Origin: Yuukianura sp. NJ FZ-2021
Lineage: Eukaryota
DNA length: 64,000 nt
Assembly: GCA_046563655.1 (NCBI GenBank)
Contig: CM102290.1
Location: forward strand, 930,001-994,000
Reading direction: 5' to 3'
The position numbers were made by a program, and so were the translations under genes. Below the pieces are notes generated by a model. It was not told the origin of the DNA, ran no database searches, and saw only the letters and a list, made by a program, of their open reading frames with translations. The first letter of the stretch is position 1; the number at the start of each line of letters is the position of its first letter. This document shows positions 12,403 to 25,940 of this stretch, one piece after another.

Positions 12403-14158
12403 ATGACTAGATATGGTAAGTACGAAACTGGGAACCTCTTGGCCCAAGAGTCTTGGGGCAAGGTTCCTATGGAGAGGTTTTCAAGGCACGTAACGTGGAG
12501 ACCGGAGAAATTGTAGCTCTGAAGTTAATACGAAAGGTAACAACAAGAATTTTGACATCTCTCGAACTCGATTAATAGTTAAGACTGATAAAGTGGTTTG
12601 AGTTAGAGTGAAATTAATTTTTGCTTTGAATTCGGTTTAGGTAGCACATAATTTAGGTAAATAATCCTAAAAACCTCCAAGATCTTCGTTCGGAACTTGC
12701 AATTCACAACAAACTTCAGCATCGAAACATTATCAAGCTTATTGATTACTACGAATTACTATCGGAAAAAGAGGTAAATCATAAGTTTGACCGAATATAG
12801 TAGTAAATACAGTTGTATATTCTTTCTTTCTGCTCTTTTTTTAGTTGGTACTTATAACAGAATGTGCCAAATGTTCATTGGCCGAACTAATCCCTCCCGA
12901 TATCAGAAACCGCATTATCAGCGTATTCAGAAAATTGATTGTGAAATCACGTCAGCTTTATATTATTTGCACAATCGACGAATTTTGCACCGTGATTTAA
13001 AGGTAATTAATTTTCTCCAACTTTACCAGTCACCCACGGTTCACATTCAACCATTTCAGAAATGATTTTTTCCTGGTACATCCAAGCAACATATGCCATA
13101 AAGCCTCTTTCACACTGGATACGCCGCAACAACTGCCGACGGCAGTTGTGCCGGCGTAACAAACTGCCGTAGATAGTTGTTGAAGGGTTTCACACTGCAC
13201 CACCGGTTCTTTTTACGCCGTAAATTTTTTCTACGGAAAGTTATACGCCGGTCTCGGTGTGATACAGCTTCATTTGGTCACAATTCTTGAAAGGCGCCTT
13301 TCAGTTTCATATGGGAAGACAAATGAAGTAAATGAATTGAAAACAACCAAATGATTACAAGTATTCATGTGTAATTGCTCTATTACCATGCTTTGAGAAG
13401 AGTAGCCAACGTATTTCCCTATAGGGTGATGTATTAACACAAATTAATAGCTAATTAGCACAATTAGCTATTAATTAACACTTAAACAATGTTATACTTT
13501 TGTTTTTCCTACTTCGGTACTGCTGATTACGTAGAAAGAAGGAGGGAAGGATGATCAGCTGGGATGAGATGGGAACTGTCCGTCCGGAGTTGGTCCAAAA
13601 GTTGAAACTTTTCAACTTTTGGGGGTCCCATCTCCTCCTGTAGGAAGAGTTGACGGCGTAAAATGTGACGGCGGCAGCCGTGAGGCAATGTGAACACCTC
13701 ACCCGTCTTCCGCCGTCAACTTTGTCTTCCGTCGTCCAACTCACCGGCGGTGAGTTGGTTTGGTGTGAATGGATACGCCGTCACAACTGCCGTCGGCAGT
13801 TGTTACGACGTATCCGGTGTGAAAGAGGCTTAAGTAATTAACACTGTTTACTCAATTGTAGCCTCATAACGTCCTTGTCGGATTTGATGATGTTAAGAAT
13901 TCTGCTAAGCTGTGGACAATTCTACGTAATGCTATTAGTCAGTGCGTGCCGAGGATTGCATCTGTAAGTTTAGACGTGCGTGATATTTATTTTAAGAGTA
14001 AGTAAAAATTGCCTTGCACTATGGTGCAATAAAAGTAGTTATGTGTTTTTTTCTAGGCAGTCGAATTTGTAGCTGAGACAGTACGCCATCTCGAATCCCC
14101 ACTTCCGTCCAGTATTCCGAAACAACTTCAGCAATCAAGCCTGCCGCTCAAATTCTGA
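12403..14158 (+). pseudogene. STK36: fused/STK36-like Ser/Thr kinase pseudogene
   Basis: LGQGSYGEVFKAR..IVALKLIRK, HRNIIKL, SALYYLHNRRILHRDLK, PHNVLV. The ATG (12403) is out of frame with the Gly-rich loop. There is a frame change within exon 12845-13002, and homology stops at AKL-W (13904-13915) where CDFG is expected. Confidence 0.82.
13102..13830. mobile_element. PIF/Harbinger (Tourist-like) MITE, 729 bp, in an intron of the kinase pseudogene
   Basis: ~55-bp near-perfect TIRs AGCCTCTTTCACAC(T/C)GGATACG..., flanked by a TAA target duplication (13099-13101, 13831-13833). No transposase ORF. Confidence 0.88.
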
Positions 14159-17100
14159 ATATCGCTAACTCTGCATCACAAATTTTGTACCTCCCTTTCT
14201 ACCTTTTTATAATAGTTACCTATGTGTCCATCACGTACAATGATCAAACTTGTGGACTGAAATAAGAATGAGATATAATTTGCTGTTAATCAGGGAGTGT
14301 TAGTGTCATTTCAAAGAACAGGGTTTTAAGTGACCTTGGGTGACGACATTCTTTACGTGAAATGTAGCGCGTGTGCGCTGCCTTGTGGGCGTTTGAACAA
14401 TTTTTTTTTCAGACCGGTCGCTTGATGTCAAAATACAACGTAGAAGAGATTGGCTGGGGCGGGGGAAGTTGATCAGTAGACAGCAACGAGAACGAGCTAT
14501 TAGGAGAAGCTTGTTTTACAGGAAATTTTTCCATTGACTGGAGACAAGGGCGTTGACGAATTAATGGAGAAATATGTACATGTCCACTGCCTTGAAATTA
14601 TTCGATTGTTTTTGAATTTCCAGTTGAACAACTTACTCCTCCGCCGTTTGTCAACATTTTCGACGCTGTGTTTGGTCATAATGGATTCTTTCTGTATCTA
14701 AATATATGTCTACGACTAGGACATATTTATTTTATCATTATACTACCAGAATGCTTCGCATTCTCACTGGGGCTTTGCCCCAGACCCGCTCAACCGTCCT
14801 AATCACAATTCAGACATTTCGGAAGGCTACTTGTTAAGATCAAAGCACCGAACCTAACCTTTGACCACAACCCATGAAATGCAGGACTGGGTCCCCGCAA
14901 AAATTTTCCCGGAAAACGATTGGATGTGGCTGAGAAACGTCGTAAAAAGGTCCACGTTTCATAATGTGAGAATGAGTGGTTATTTTTTTGAACTATTTTG
15001 TCTTGAACTAATTTACGTTGAACCAACGGCATGGAGCCTTCCAGAAGGACGAGAATGATCTTAGGTATGGCGTCCACTACGAATCTGTAGAAATCTGAGC
15101 TCCAGTAAACAATGATTGTGATGAAAGAATGTTTTTTTCCTGTTTCTTCTTTTGCGAATTACAGTGATGCAGAAGATGAGGAAAAAATATTTGCACGTGT
15201 AGAGGCGTTGTAAATGCGCGAATTAATTGGCAATTGTAAGGAAGGGCAAGGCTAACTAAGTAAATGCTGAAGTGATTGACGGATCGCCTCTTCCAACATT
15301 GTTTCTTGTTAGTTTCAAATTGCAAATATTCCAACGAATACAAAGGATTTTACTGAATCATAAATCATAAGAGCCACTTCCCACCACTTTAATTTAAGTG
15401 AAGATTACCTTTGGAATTAGCAGTAGGGAAGGGATGTGAATGGAGGAATTGTTTTGTCAATTTTGCCAAGGTCTTTTGCCAGATTTCAATCTTTTCCGCC
15501 AAAGGATTTTGAACTAAACACCTTGAATTTTTTTTATGTCACTATAACTTATTTGGTGTCCTTCATTTTACCAGTTCTATCGTCCTGTAATTAATTTAAA
15601 TAACATTTGGGAGAAGAACCATAGTTTACGGTTCAACGCAGGAAGGCGACCAACCTCCAAAACTACTTTTGGCGTCAACTAAATTAAGATTGGGGTTTGG
15701 TTTGGATCGTAAAGAATCCCATTAGAGCTATAAATAAAAACATAACACTAAAAAAGTACGGATATTTTTTTGATGTTGTTTTGAAGAAGTATTTTGATAT
15801 TCATTCGACGAAAATTTTTTAAATTATTTTTACTAAATTTTTTTCATATTATGGTGAAACTGTAACACGGAAATTCATCGATACTTTCGACTTCAGTGAA
15901 ATTTTCTGAAATGAGAATTTCTTTGTAAGTCGTGTTTGCAAGGAATTAGACCTTTACATTTAGCTCAGAATAATTTTAGAATTTTTTTTCCAAATTTCCT
16001 TCAATTTTTTAAGTTTCTCTAGAGTCGTTTGTACTTTGTCCTATGCATTGTAGTGATTCTTTAAACGGTATTGAAGCATCAACTGACAGAACTTCCGTGG
16101 CGGTGATGGGATTGACAGATTGACAGTTTGACTTTGGCAGAATTCAATGTCGACTTCATGGTCAACAGAGATGGATTGGACATAGTGGCTGTCAGAAAAT
16201 AATTGGCAAAAATACAAACTGGCTTTAATTATTCAGTTACAACTTTTGAAGTTTCTGCAGCGTCGGTTGGAACTGCGTCGTAGAAAAAATGCGCAATCAA
16301 GATCAAACGTTTACTTTACTTTTTCAGGAAAGTTCTCGTTGTTGCAACTAGCATACTATAAGTGTGGATTTCCGATGTTTCAGGATCGATGGCTTGAGAC
16401 TAAAAATAACCTACGACTTATATATTATATGTCGATTTTCTTTCTTAGAAATTAGGCAATGGGTTTTGAAATTTTGAAGTTAGCTAATAGAATCTTAGTA
16501 GTGGAAATGCAAAACTTGCAACGCTCAATATTTTGTGCAACTCCAGGACCAAAAATAATTCTTAATTAACGAATCGGCCAAGCTGTTCTTAATGTCTATT
16601 TGATGTGCTGGATTTCGCAGGTTTTAGAAGTTGTTCCTCATCAATTTTCAATCAATTTTTGTTTTTAAAAGGTGCCAATTTTGTCAAAGTTCTTTTTGTA
16701 TTTCCAACGGTTAAGAAGTCCATTAGCTCCCTTGGCATCTATTAACAGTCAGTAGCTTTTTTAACTGAAGGTTGACTAAAAAACCATCATGATTCCAAAT
16801 CCGGAAAACCTAGTAATACCACTATAGGCCTTTTTTTTTTGAAGGGTTTGATTTTAAACCAAAGTCATTACGCCTCCGTAGAGAATCGCCAGTGTCATCA
16901 TAAGGTACTTAAGGCATCGTAATCTGCACAATTTGACTCCTCGACTTTTCCAAAATTTTAGCTTTAAAAAAATTATTTTTACATTTAATGTGAATCAGTC
17001 AATGAAAAAGCAGAATTCTATAAGAGACACAAGATTAAAGAATCCTCAATAAAAAGATAATTTTCAACCTAGGTAACTTCAAACAAATTTTATCCTAACT

Positions 17101-18096
17101 TCCCAAATTAGAACTTTAATTTACTCTATTGCACAGAACTGGTAACCAAACAATAAGCAATCAAAATTTACGTTACATTTTCTTTGTCTATTTGGCTGGA
17201 AAAGTTGTGCTACTTCCAACTAATCCTAACCTGACAATTACGAATGAAAAAAATGACAAGAATAAAATTGCAAGAATAAAAAAAAATAAAAAATAAAAAA
17301 ATCCTGATAGTAATCCTTAATTCTTTTAAGGATTACTTAATTCTTTCTAATCCTTAATTATTTATATTTTTGTTGCGTAGATTATGGCGGGCTTCGGATT
17401 TTGAATGTCCACTTGAAGGAAATTATAAAATGAATTTTCAATTAAATAAAATTGGCTATTGCTTCGTTATGATTTTCAGCCGCTGTTAGGTTCTTTCTAC
17501 AATTTTTGTTGAAAAATCTTATTTGAATTGTTTTAAACTTGCAGAGTGAAGGAAGCAGACTTTATAGGCCGTTGCTATGAATTTTAAACCCAGTGACATT
17601 CTAAGAATCACTTCCGTGTTGCGTAACACGTTTCCTTCTTAATTTGGAGTCATTCCAAACCATTCATCTTCACAAGATGAATGCTAACCTGAGCCGCAGG
17701 ATAGACTGAAAATGAGTTGACTCTGAATGATTGAACTCAGAGTTAGGCATTTGTTAACCTCTGCCCTTTGTGCAATTGAGCGCACGCTAATTTGAATTAC
17801 AAAAACTACTTCAAATTTTGTCGTTTTGTCACCATGATGCAGGAAGCGAAAAAATAGATAAGTCGCATTAAAATCAATTTAACGAGTAGGACAAAATTTG
17901 TCGCGGGCCCATGCTACTAGATGGGAAAAACTCATTGGCGTATGTTATTTGCATCCTTTACGAAAATCAATGCCACAGTAAAAGCAACTGTTGCTCTAAA
18001 ATAAATAATGTTACAGTTATTTAATTAAGACCGTTAATAGTTGCTCTTGAAGGATTTTTATAATTTTCTCTGATATGTTAGAAAGTATTTTCAAGA

Positions 18097-18342
18097 CGAA
18101 GCACGCCATTAGGCCCTATGAATTAGACCCTAAGCACTTTAGGCCCTAAATTATTAGGCCCTAACTCATTGTTTTGACGTAATTTTGAATTTTTTTTTGA
18201 AATTTTTTTTTTGATTCTAATTAAAGTTAGGTTAGGTTGAATAGTTTTCGTTGTTTCAAGAACGAAAACATGACGTTTCTGAACGATTTTTAGGGCCTAA
18301 TTATTTAGGGCCTAAAGGTTTAGGGCCTAATGGCATGGAACC
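18097..18342. mobile_element. Mutator-like non-autonomous element, 246 bp
   Basis: 9-bp direct repeat TTTTCAAGA at 18088-18096 and 18343-18351. Inverted arrays of TTAGGCCCTA (left) and TAGGGCCTAA (right). Internal GTTAGGTTAGGTT. Confidence 0.75.
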
Positions 18343-21300
18343 TTTTCAAGAAGCATTTTCTGACAGAAGAATTTCTCACATATCCTCCTCCACACTTCTT
18401 GCGCTTTCACTGGGTGAAAGTTTTTCAAATATAAAACCTGGAAAAGGTGTACTAATTGACAATTCGTTTTGCCTAAATCGCTTTACAAGTTGAAAAATTA
18501 GAACATGTTCAAATCCAGCTACAAGGAATGACATAAAACTTTTCAGCTTCCATCTAAATCGTCTGTCTTTCTCAACTTTTTTGACTTGTGCTTGGTGAAA
18601 GTTTATTGACTTAAGAACGAATTTGGGGACATTCTTAGCAAGATTTTATCTAGTTTTAAGTTAAACCAAACGGAAGTCTTAACTTCTTATTTTTAACAAA
18701 AGTAACACATTCTAGAATTCCCGGATTGTTTCATGTAATATTAATTCAAATTTTACGAGTAATTGCCAAAATAAACTCAATTAAAAATTAATAATTATAT
18801 ACCTTGTTTAATCATATCAAATTAAAAATTCTTTGATGAAGCGAAGAGGAAAGATTTTTCAAAATCTTTGTTACATTTTTAAGACTGGGGAATGCGCAGG
18901 ATTATCTGAAATTCCACACCTTACAAATGACGCCAAAAACCCTTTTTCCATAAATATATACAAAATTCAGGTTTGGTACAAGTGACGTATTCACAAACTT
19001 TTTTTTAGGAGTTTGGGGCGCTGCCAAATCTACATTTCCTTTTGTATTCCCAACTTCCAATTTATTCTTTGCAAATTTAAAAGCAGTAAGCCTTGACTTT
19101 TTTTTTGGTTATTTTCATTTCTCCATAGCAGTATTGGGGTGACATCCCACTACTGCCAAAATTATAGGTACTTAAAACTCCCTTTCACTATTTGCATGAT
19201 TGAAAAAATATACTCACTCCAAGCAGAACAAAATTTGAATTTGGGAAATTTTGAAAGAATTAGGTTAAATAAATGGTCGAAATGTCAAGTGCTATTGTAG
19301 AATTTTTCTTTGAAGTCGCAAGTTAAAACTAAGTCGGTTTTCAGTATTTTCAGAAAATCACTTTTTGATACAAATGTTAATTTGCAGTGGCGTTTGTGGA
19401 TAGCTTTAAACGCAAACACTTTCACAGTCCAGATTTATTTGGTTTTCAGAATAAATTTTTCAACATTTTTTTTTAAATAGTTCCTTCCAGTTTGGCATTA
19501 AAAGTTTGAGCTTGGGCACAGCGACCTCCCATAGCCTGAACCTGCCTAAAAGTGATCTGGTACATAGACCACTTTTTGGACTCCATCAATCAACCTGAGC
19601 AGGTCGATTGGTGATGTCAACTGCTGAGGTTAACGCTTCTCAGTAGAGGACAGAGGTCAACCTCTTTTCGTCCAATGTAGCTCTTAGACCTTCAACTGGC
19701 TCGATGCCCTTGTTGAGTTCAGTAGTCTCAGCGCAAGTCATTTACAAGCGATCCGATTCAGCACCAATCTCAGGCCCCACTTATCCAATACCAAAACAGA
19801 TTTAAAGAAATTAAAACTTTAAAACTAATTTCGAGAATGTCCTTGGTCAAATTCTTCAATCTATAACTAGAGTCTATTACTAGAAACAACTAGAATCAAA
19901 GATTTTGATTTTATTTGCAGTCTACGAGGATTTAATTAGAGTGCAAAGTCATTTAGATTAATCTAACAATGAGGAACTACAATCTATGTTGGCTGACCTT
20001 TAAATTTACATTCTCACAAATTCTCGGCCAACTCGATTGAATTATAAGATGGAGAGAATCTGGTTATGGAAGTGCTAAGAATAATTTTAATTTTCACGAT
20101 TCGCACAGTTAGGCATTAAGATTAAGCTAAAGAAGAAACCATATTATTCTTTGTAGAAACTGAAGTTGTTTGTGTTTTTTAACGACTCGGATAAAATGAT
20201 TCTCATGACATACGATTGACGAAGAGGTCAAGACCAATTCAAGATGTAGACGCTGAATCGTCATTAATATAAACCTCTTTTATGTAACGTTGCGCAATAG
20301 AAGTGTCTCTGCTAAAGAAGAGCAAGATGGTAGATGGTTGCTAGGTTTTTGAAAGGAAACGATTACTGTTGAATAACGTTATGTTTATTGTCCTAGGTGA
20401 GGGTGAAGATGCGAACAATTTGTTCTGCAACTCTTATAATTTTAAAGTTAATTGACGCAGTTAACAAGTATATAATCATCTTCTACCTTCACTTAATAAT
20501 TATCAAGAATCCAATACGTAACGTGTAATTCCAAAATATAAGTCTGTTGTCAAACAATGGATTATTTATTGCTCATCTTTACTTGCTTCACCGTCTACGC
20601 ATTGCTACATTTTATACGGAAAAACGTAATGATTTTTAATGAAGTTACAAAAAGATTTACTTGGAACAAGACGTCACTCTTTAGTTAATTGGAATCAAAG
20701 ATCGTGTCAAGGAATGTTCAAAAAGAAGAGGCAAAACTTGTCAAAGAAACGAAACTTTGTGAACATTTTGCGAAGGAGACGCTTGGAGGTCGCTAGAGGG
20801 CGCAGCATACGTTACACCAAAATATAGCAAGTTGCGTTTTATCAAGTACGTAGCGTTACCACGACTTTAGTTGTGTTTTGTATTCAAGTTTGATGTGCTG
20901 AAAGGAGAAATTATTGTTGACTGAAGTGTCTAAATTTGTGAGTCTAAATATGACTAAAAGTGGAAGGTCTGATGACAAGGCCATTGGTCCGAAGGGAAGA
21001 AGTCAATTGTGTCATTGTGTCAGGGCCAAGAAGATGTTATTTACAAGAAGTAGAGTTCATGGAGTAAGGAATGTAACTGACTAATTCCTAAAGCGGAACG
21101 TTATTAATGGAGACTAAGCAGATGACATAGAGGATGCGAGGATGCCGAGACAACGACGCATGCGTACAGCAAGTCCCATGGTTTCAAGGTCCCCTGCTTA
21201 CCTAATTATAAATTTATAGGTCACGTCCCATTTTCAACTCCACTTTGAAGTGGTTAGAAGGTAAAGGTCAGTTACAATGAAGATGGAAGTGAAGAACTTG

Positions 21301-24300
21301 AGTCCACAAATCATATCAAAAATCTAACAACCAAAAATGTTCAGCTTTTTTTCAGAAAATTTCAAAGTGTAATTTAGGATTTCGTCATTTTTTAAAATAA
21401 AAAGTCAGTAGTCTCAAAAATTTTGAAGTCGGAGTCTTTGCATACTCCAACGTTTCCAGAATGTCTGAAAATCCAAAGGACTTTTCCATATGAGTCACCA
21501 TCTATAATGTTCATCATTTGAAATTTCGTTGTTGCACATAATGTTTCTTCAAAGTGGAATTTGATTTACTTGTGATCAGGCAAAGCCTGGAGTCAATAAA
21601 CTTCATCAGTAGTCTGACGAAACGCTAATTTGCGAAAACGAATAACATGACACCGTTGAAAAACAAATCAAAGCCTCACAAATTCTAATTCAAAAAAAAT
21701 TCTTAAAAGAAAGGCTGTTGACACTCACTCATCTTGTGGGTTTGGTTTGAAAATAAACAAATTTTCAACCACCAACTCTTGTTTGTTCCAATGAATTTTA
21801 TGCATCCATTAAATGCATCCCGGTGCCGGTCTACTTTAAAGTTTTTAAAGGAAAATTAATTCCATTTCGGGTTTTGGAAAACTTGTAATAACTTAAACAA
21901 AATTAAAAATTAAATAAAACTTAAATAACTTATATTTAGAACCGAAACACGGAAATTGCTTATACGTCATAAAATCAATTTTCGTTATACATATTTTCAA
22001 AAATTCAAATACTCAAGCCTATTCTAAATTCATAGACCTTGAAATTTGGAAAATCCTGTTTCCAAATCAGAGCAGCTTTCCATTTAGATAACTGAAATTA
22101 GCTTCCATTGGTTTCTAGTCCAGATGACCAGGAGTTATAATCATGTGCAAGTAGCATTTGAGAAATTGACCTCGTCGTGTCATGTGTCACATTTCCCAGC
22201 ATCCCTTCAATGTCACCAAGTTCGTAATAGAAATGAATTTAATTCTGCCCATGTCCTTTCGCTTTCAGTTCAAGGTTGCTCCAAAGTACAAGGCTTATTC
22301 ACTTTCCAATGAGCAGGGAGCGCCCATCGGCCTGCCGGTTTTCTGTATTTTTTTAATGCAAAAAAAAAAATTAAAGTCAAGTTTTCGTGGAATTTTATTG
22401 AGGAATTGTAGCGTGAAGTCAAACATTGTGAAAATAATTGACTTGTACAAGTTACATTAAGCAATTAAATTGGAAACGACCTTCTCAAGACAATCGACTT
22501 GAATGGTGCTGAGGTTACGGGTCCAAAGCCATAATGCTGGACACACACGTTTCAAATTTCTGATCCCTGCAATAGTAGAATCTTGATTCTAACATAAGAA
22601 AAAAGCAAGTGGAGGCATCATCCTAGTTCATGGTCAGATCAAGATCTAGTATTTAAAAAAGTTCTAAAGATCAACTTCTATTGTCTTTTGGAGCTTGTGT
22701 GTATATACAAATGAAGTAAAAGAATCTTTCTTTCTTTTTTTTTCTTATTGCTTCTTAATGTCCCACCTTCCTCGTCTAACAAGATTCTTTTAAAATGTTC
22801 TTTTCCGAGAGTTCAATTTTCTGTCTAGCCTAAAATCAGAAGCTACTTCTTTTGTTGTAGGCTTCAAAATAATGCCGCCTGGAACCATTTCTCTTTAAAC
22901 ATAAATTTTTGACAAATTTAGGTCAAGCACCTCCCTGTGCCTTCTGACTCTCCGTTGCCTTTTTTATATAAACAATTTTCAAGTTATTAAGTTGAACAAA
23001 TTTTGGATTCACTTGAAATAGACTGTATGGCTGTAAAAAAACGTTATCTAATAAAAAAAAATTATGGACACTGATGTTATTTATGAGAAACGGACAATGA
23101 CTACAGGATTTGTATTGCTAAAATTTAAAAAATTGTATGAAAATTAAGCATGCATGGTTCAGCTATTGAAAGAAATGAAAATTTTTGTTCAATTTTTTTG
23201 ATTGCAAAACATTGAGGCTCAGCCACTTTTCCTAGAGAGAGAAAGTGCGTGAGAAACAAAAGGAAGAAGGCGACTCACTTTCATTCCTGAACTTAACCTG
23301 CGATTTTTTGCATTCCTTTTGATCAAAATCCTTGAAATTATACATTGACGTGTAGAATGTATTTAGTGCGCATGTACAATCTCAACTTGATGGTGCCTTT
23401 TAGTATTCCTTCTGCGCAGAACCCAATGGTAACCTAGCGACGCACCTCAGAAGTCAATAACCGTGTCACTGTTCTATTTCCACACGATGGTTCATTCACT
23501 TCTTCAAAAAACAACTTTGTTAACTTGGCAAATGCCTCAATTAATTACTGGTACTTTGGAAGATTTAAGGATTGTGAAGAAGGACAATCAAAGTTCTTAA
23601 TTATTCAACAATTTGTTAATTTGAATTTGTTAATTGCAATACTATCAATTTATTTATTTTTAAAATAAACACAGAAATTAGAACGCTGGATTTAAAAAAG
23701 CTCCTTTGCGTCAGTTTTCATCAAATTCAATGTTTGACAAACAAGAAAGTCTTAAAAAAACATTCCGAAATCTCTGACGTGTTCCTGGACAATGAACTGG
23801 TGTTTACACCATTTTTAAAAAGTGACGTAGTCAAAAAGTTTGTTTTGTTTAAGAAAATGCGTCATTCAAAAAAGTGACGCTTTCAAAATTTTGAAGGAAA
23901 CAAAAAACAAAGAAAGGAAAATAAATATGCACATCTCAGGACTGGTTAACAATTCCATGATTGTTTCCAAAATTGCATGGAACAAGTTTTCTCAAAGTTG
24001 CAGAAATTATTCAAAGGAAGACGTAACATGAGCAGAAACTTTCCACGTACTTGTTTACTACTTAAGTTTTGTCAATTAATCACGTTTGAAGGGTTTTGTG
24101 GAAATTGAAATTCACTCCGGAGAGTCTGCTTGTCCCTGTTCAATATTAAACTGCTTGCGCAATCCTCGTTGAATTTATGGTTAAACAAAATTTTAAATGT
24201 GTGCAAAACGTTTTTTTTATCTTACAAAACATGCTTTACGAAAGTGTGTTTCTTTTGGAACGTTGGAGAACCACACCTATCTCCTTACTTTCCAAACTGA

Positions 24301-25272
24301 AATCGAGTTTGGCAAGATTTTTTATCCGAATCTTTACCAAATTCAAATTTTAATTTTGACCCTGAACTATCCCCCACGTTTTGCTGGAAAAATGATAATA
24401 GGTAGTCGTACGTGACATTTGCAAAGTTTTTTTTAGTAGTGTACGACTTTAGTCTATTCTTCAGGAAAACGTGGGCACAACCACGTCTGATAACCTTCAG
24501 CTCTTATCACAATTTGTTTACTTTCTGTCACTTGACCTTAAAATCTCTTCACGTTTCACTAACTTGTTAGACAAAAAATTGAGTAGTAATTTTTTTAAAA
24601 ATCGTTTTGTTAAAACTGTATTAGCTTCAAACGAATTTGAAATGTACTACAAAATTTTTTATTTTTTATTTTTTGTCATGCTTTGAATTTTTTAAATAAA
24701 AAATGAAATCAAAAGACCGTTTATAAAATGTGTTCTTTCTTAGGTGAAACGATTTATTGTAAAATAAAAATACAATGAAAAAAGAAAAGAAAAATCTAAC
24801 GGAACTTCTTCCATATCCCAGATTTTTTCAAATAAATTTTTTTAGAAAAGAAAACTTTTGATTCATGGAGCCAAATTCTTAATTTTTGAATAGGAATAAA
24901 TTCAAAGCTTAGTTTAAAGCGTTACATTTCCTTTAGAAAAAATGAGGGCAATCTCTTCTTTTCCTTTATTCTTAATTCCATTTTGAACCTTTTTAAACAA
25001 ATTTTTGAAAGTTCCAGAGCGGGATTTTTGAAAAATGAAGGTGGGCTTTAAACGACTGTTGGTTCCCGTTAGTCGACATCTTTCATATTTCACCTTCTAG
25101 CTCATATTTCTTCTTTTGTCAAAGTGAAAAGAGGCTTCTGATGGGTGCTTCCCCCCAAATGAAAGTCTTCGGCGCATCCCAATTCAATTTCAGAGGACAG
25201 GAACGCCTCAGATTAAAGTAAAATTTGGGAAACTTGGAAAGTGGAGTTCTCAAGGTGTTGACCTGTGGGAAA

Positions 25273-25285
25273 AGGTCATTGGCCT
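25273..25285. promoter_or_regulatory. Near-perfect IR1 ecdysone response element candidate
   Basis: AGGTCA-T-TGGCCT, one mismatch from the palindrome, upstream of CYP18A1. Confidence 0.45.
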
Positions 25286-25927
25286 CTTACTAGGCAGAAA
25301 TTTCTTTTATTAGGATTCACAAATTGAACAATGTCTAAAATTTCCGTCCAGTATTGAAAATGATTGAAGTCATACCGTTTCCAACGGTATCTTCCGCTTG
25401 GTGTAAGTCCTTAACATTTTGCCTTTCACAATTCTGTTACACCCGACCTGAACTTAGAAAGCAGCTAAAACGAACTACTTTTCAAAATGTTAGTTTTTCT
25501 CAAAAATCAAATTTTTTGAACTTTTTTTTTGTGTTCATGTTACTTAAGCTCTATGTATTGGCATTAGATGAAATGAGGAATGAAACTTTATGACAGAATC
25601 TTTCTGATCGTAAAACGTTTTTTCTTACTAAATTCAACTTTGGAGGAATTGTTTTTATTAATTTTTGGCTAATTTACGCTTCAAATTGCAACATGCTGTG
25701 TGCAGAAGAAGTAAATTTGGCAATAATCGTCAGCAAAAGAAGTTTAGTGTTTAGGGAGTCGCGGAAAGAGGCATGGGGTGTGTGGTCGTTGGGTGTAAAA
25801 CATTTGAGCAATTATTTAATTTTGGCCAAAGAGGGGATGTTTGATGTTTGCAAAATTAGGTATTGGACTGTAGGGTGCTGAAGGGTCCTGGGGATTGAGG
25901 GCACCCTAGCCTAGCCTATACACTCAG

Positions 25928-25940
25928 AGGTCAATGACCT
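25928..25940. promoter_or_regulatory. Perfect IR1 EcR/USP element candidate
   Basis: AGGTCA-A-TGACCT, 4.6 kb upstream of the CYP18A1 start. Confidence 0.65.

Noticed and set aside
12416..12450. 35-nt GT-AG intron that would repair the first kinase frameshift
   Set aside because: Shorter than other introns here and lacks a pyrimidine tract; the later lesions would remain anyway.
20557..21120. Stop-interrupted reading frame starting MDYLLLIFTCF
   Set aside because: No recognisable homology and several stops; cannot be supported as a pseudogene without a search.
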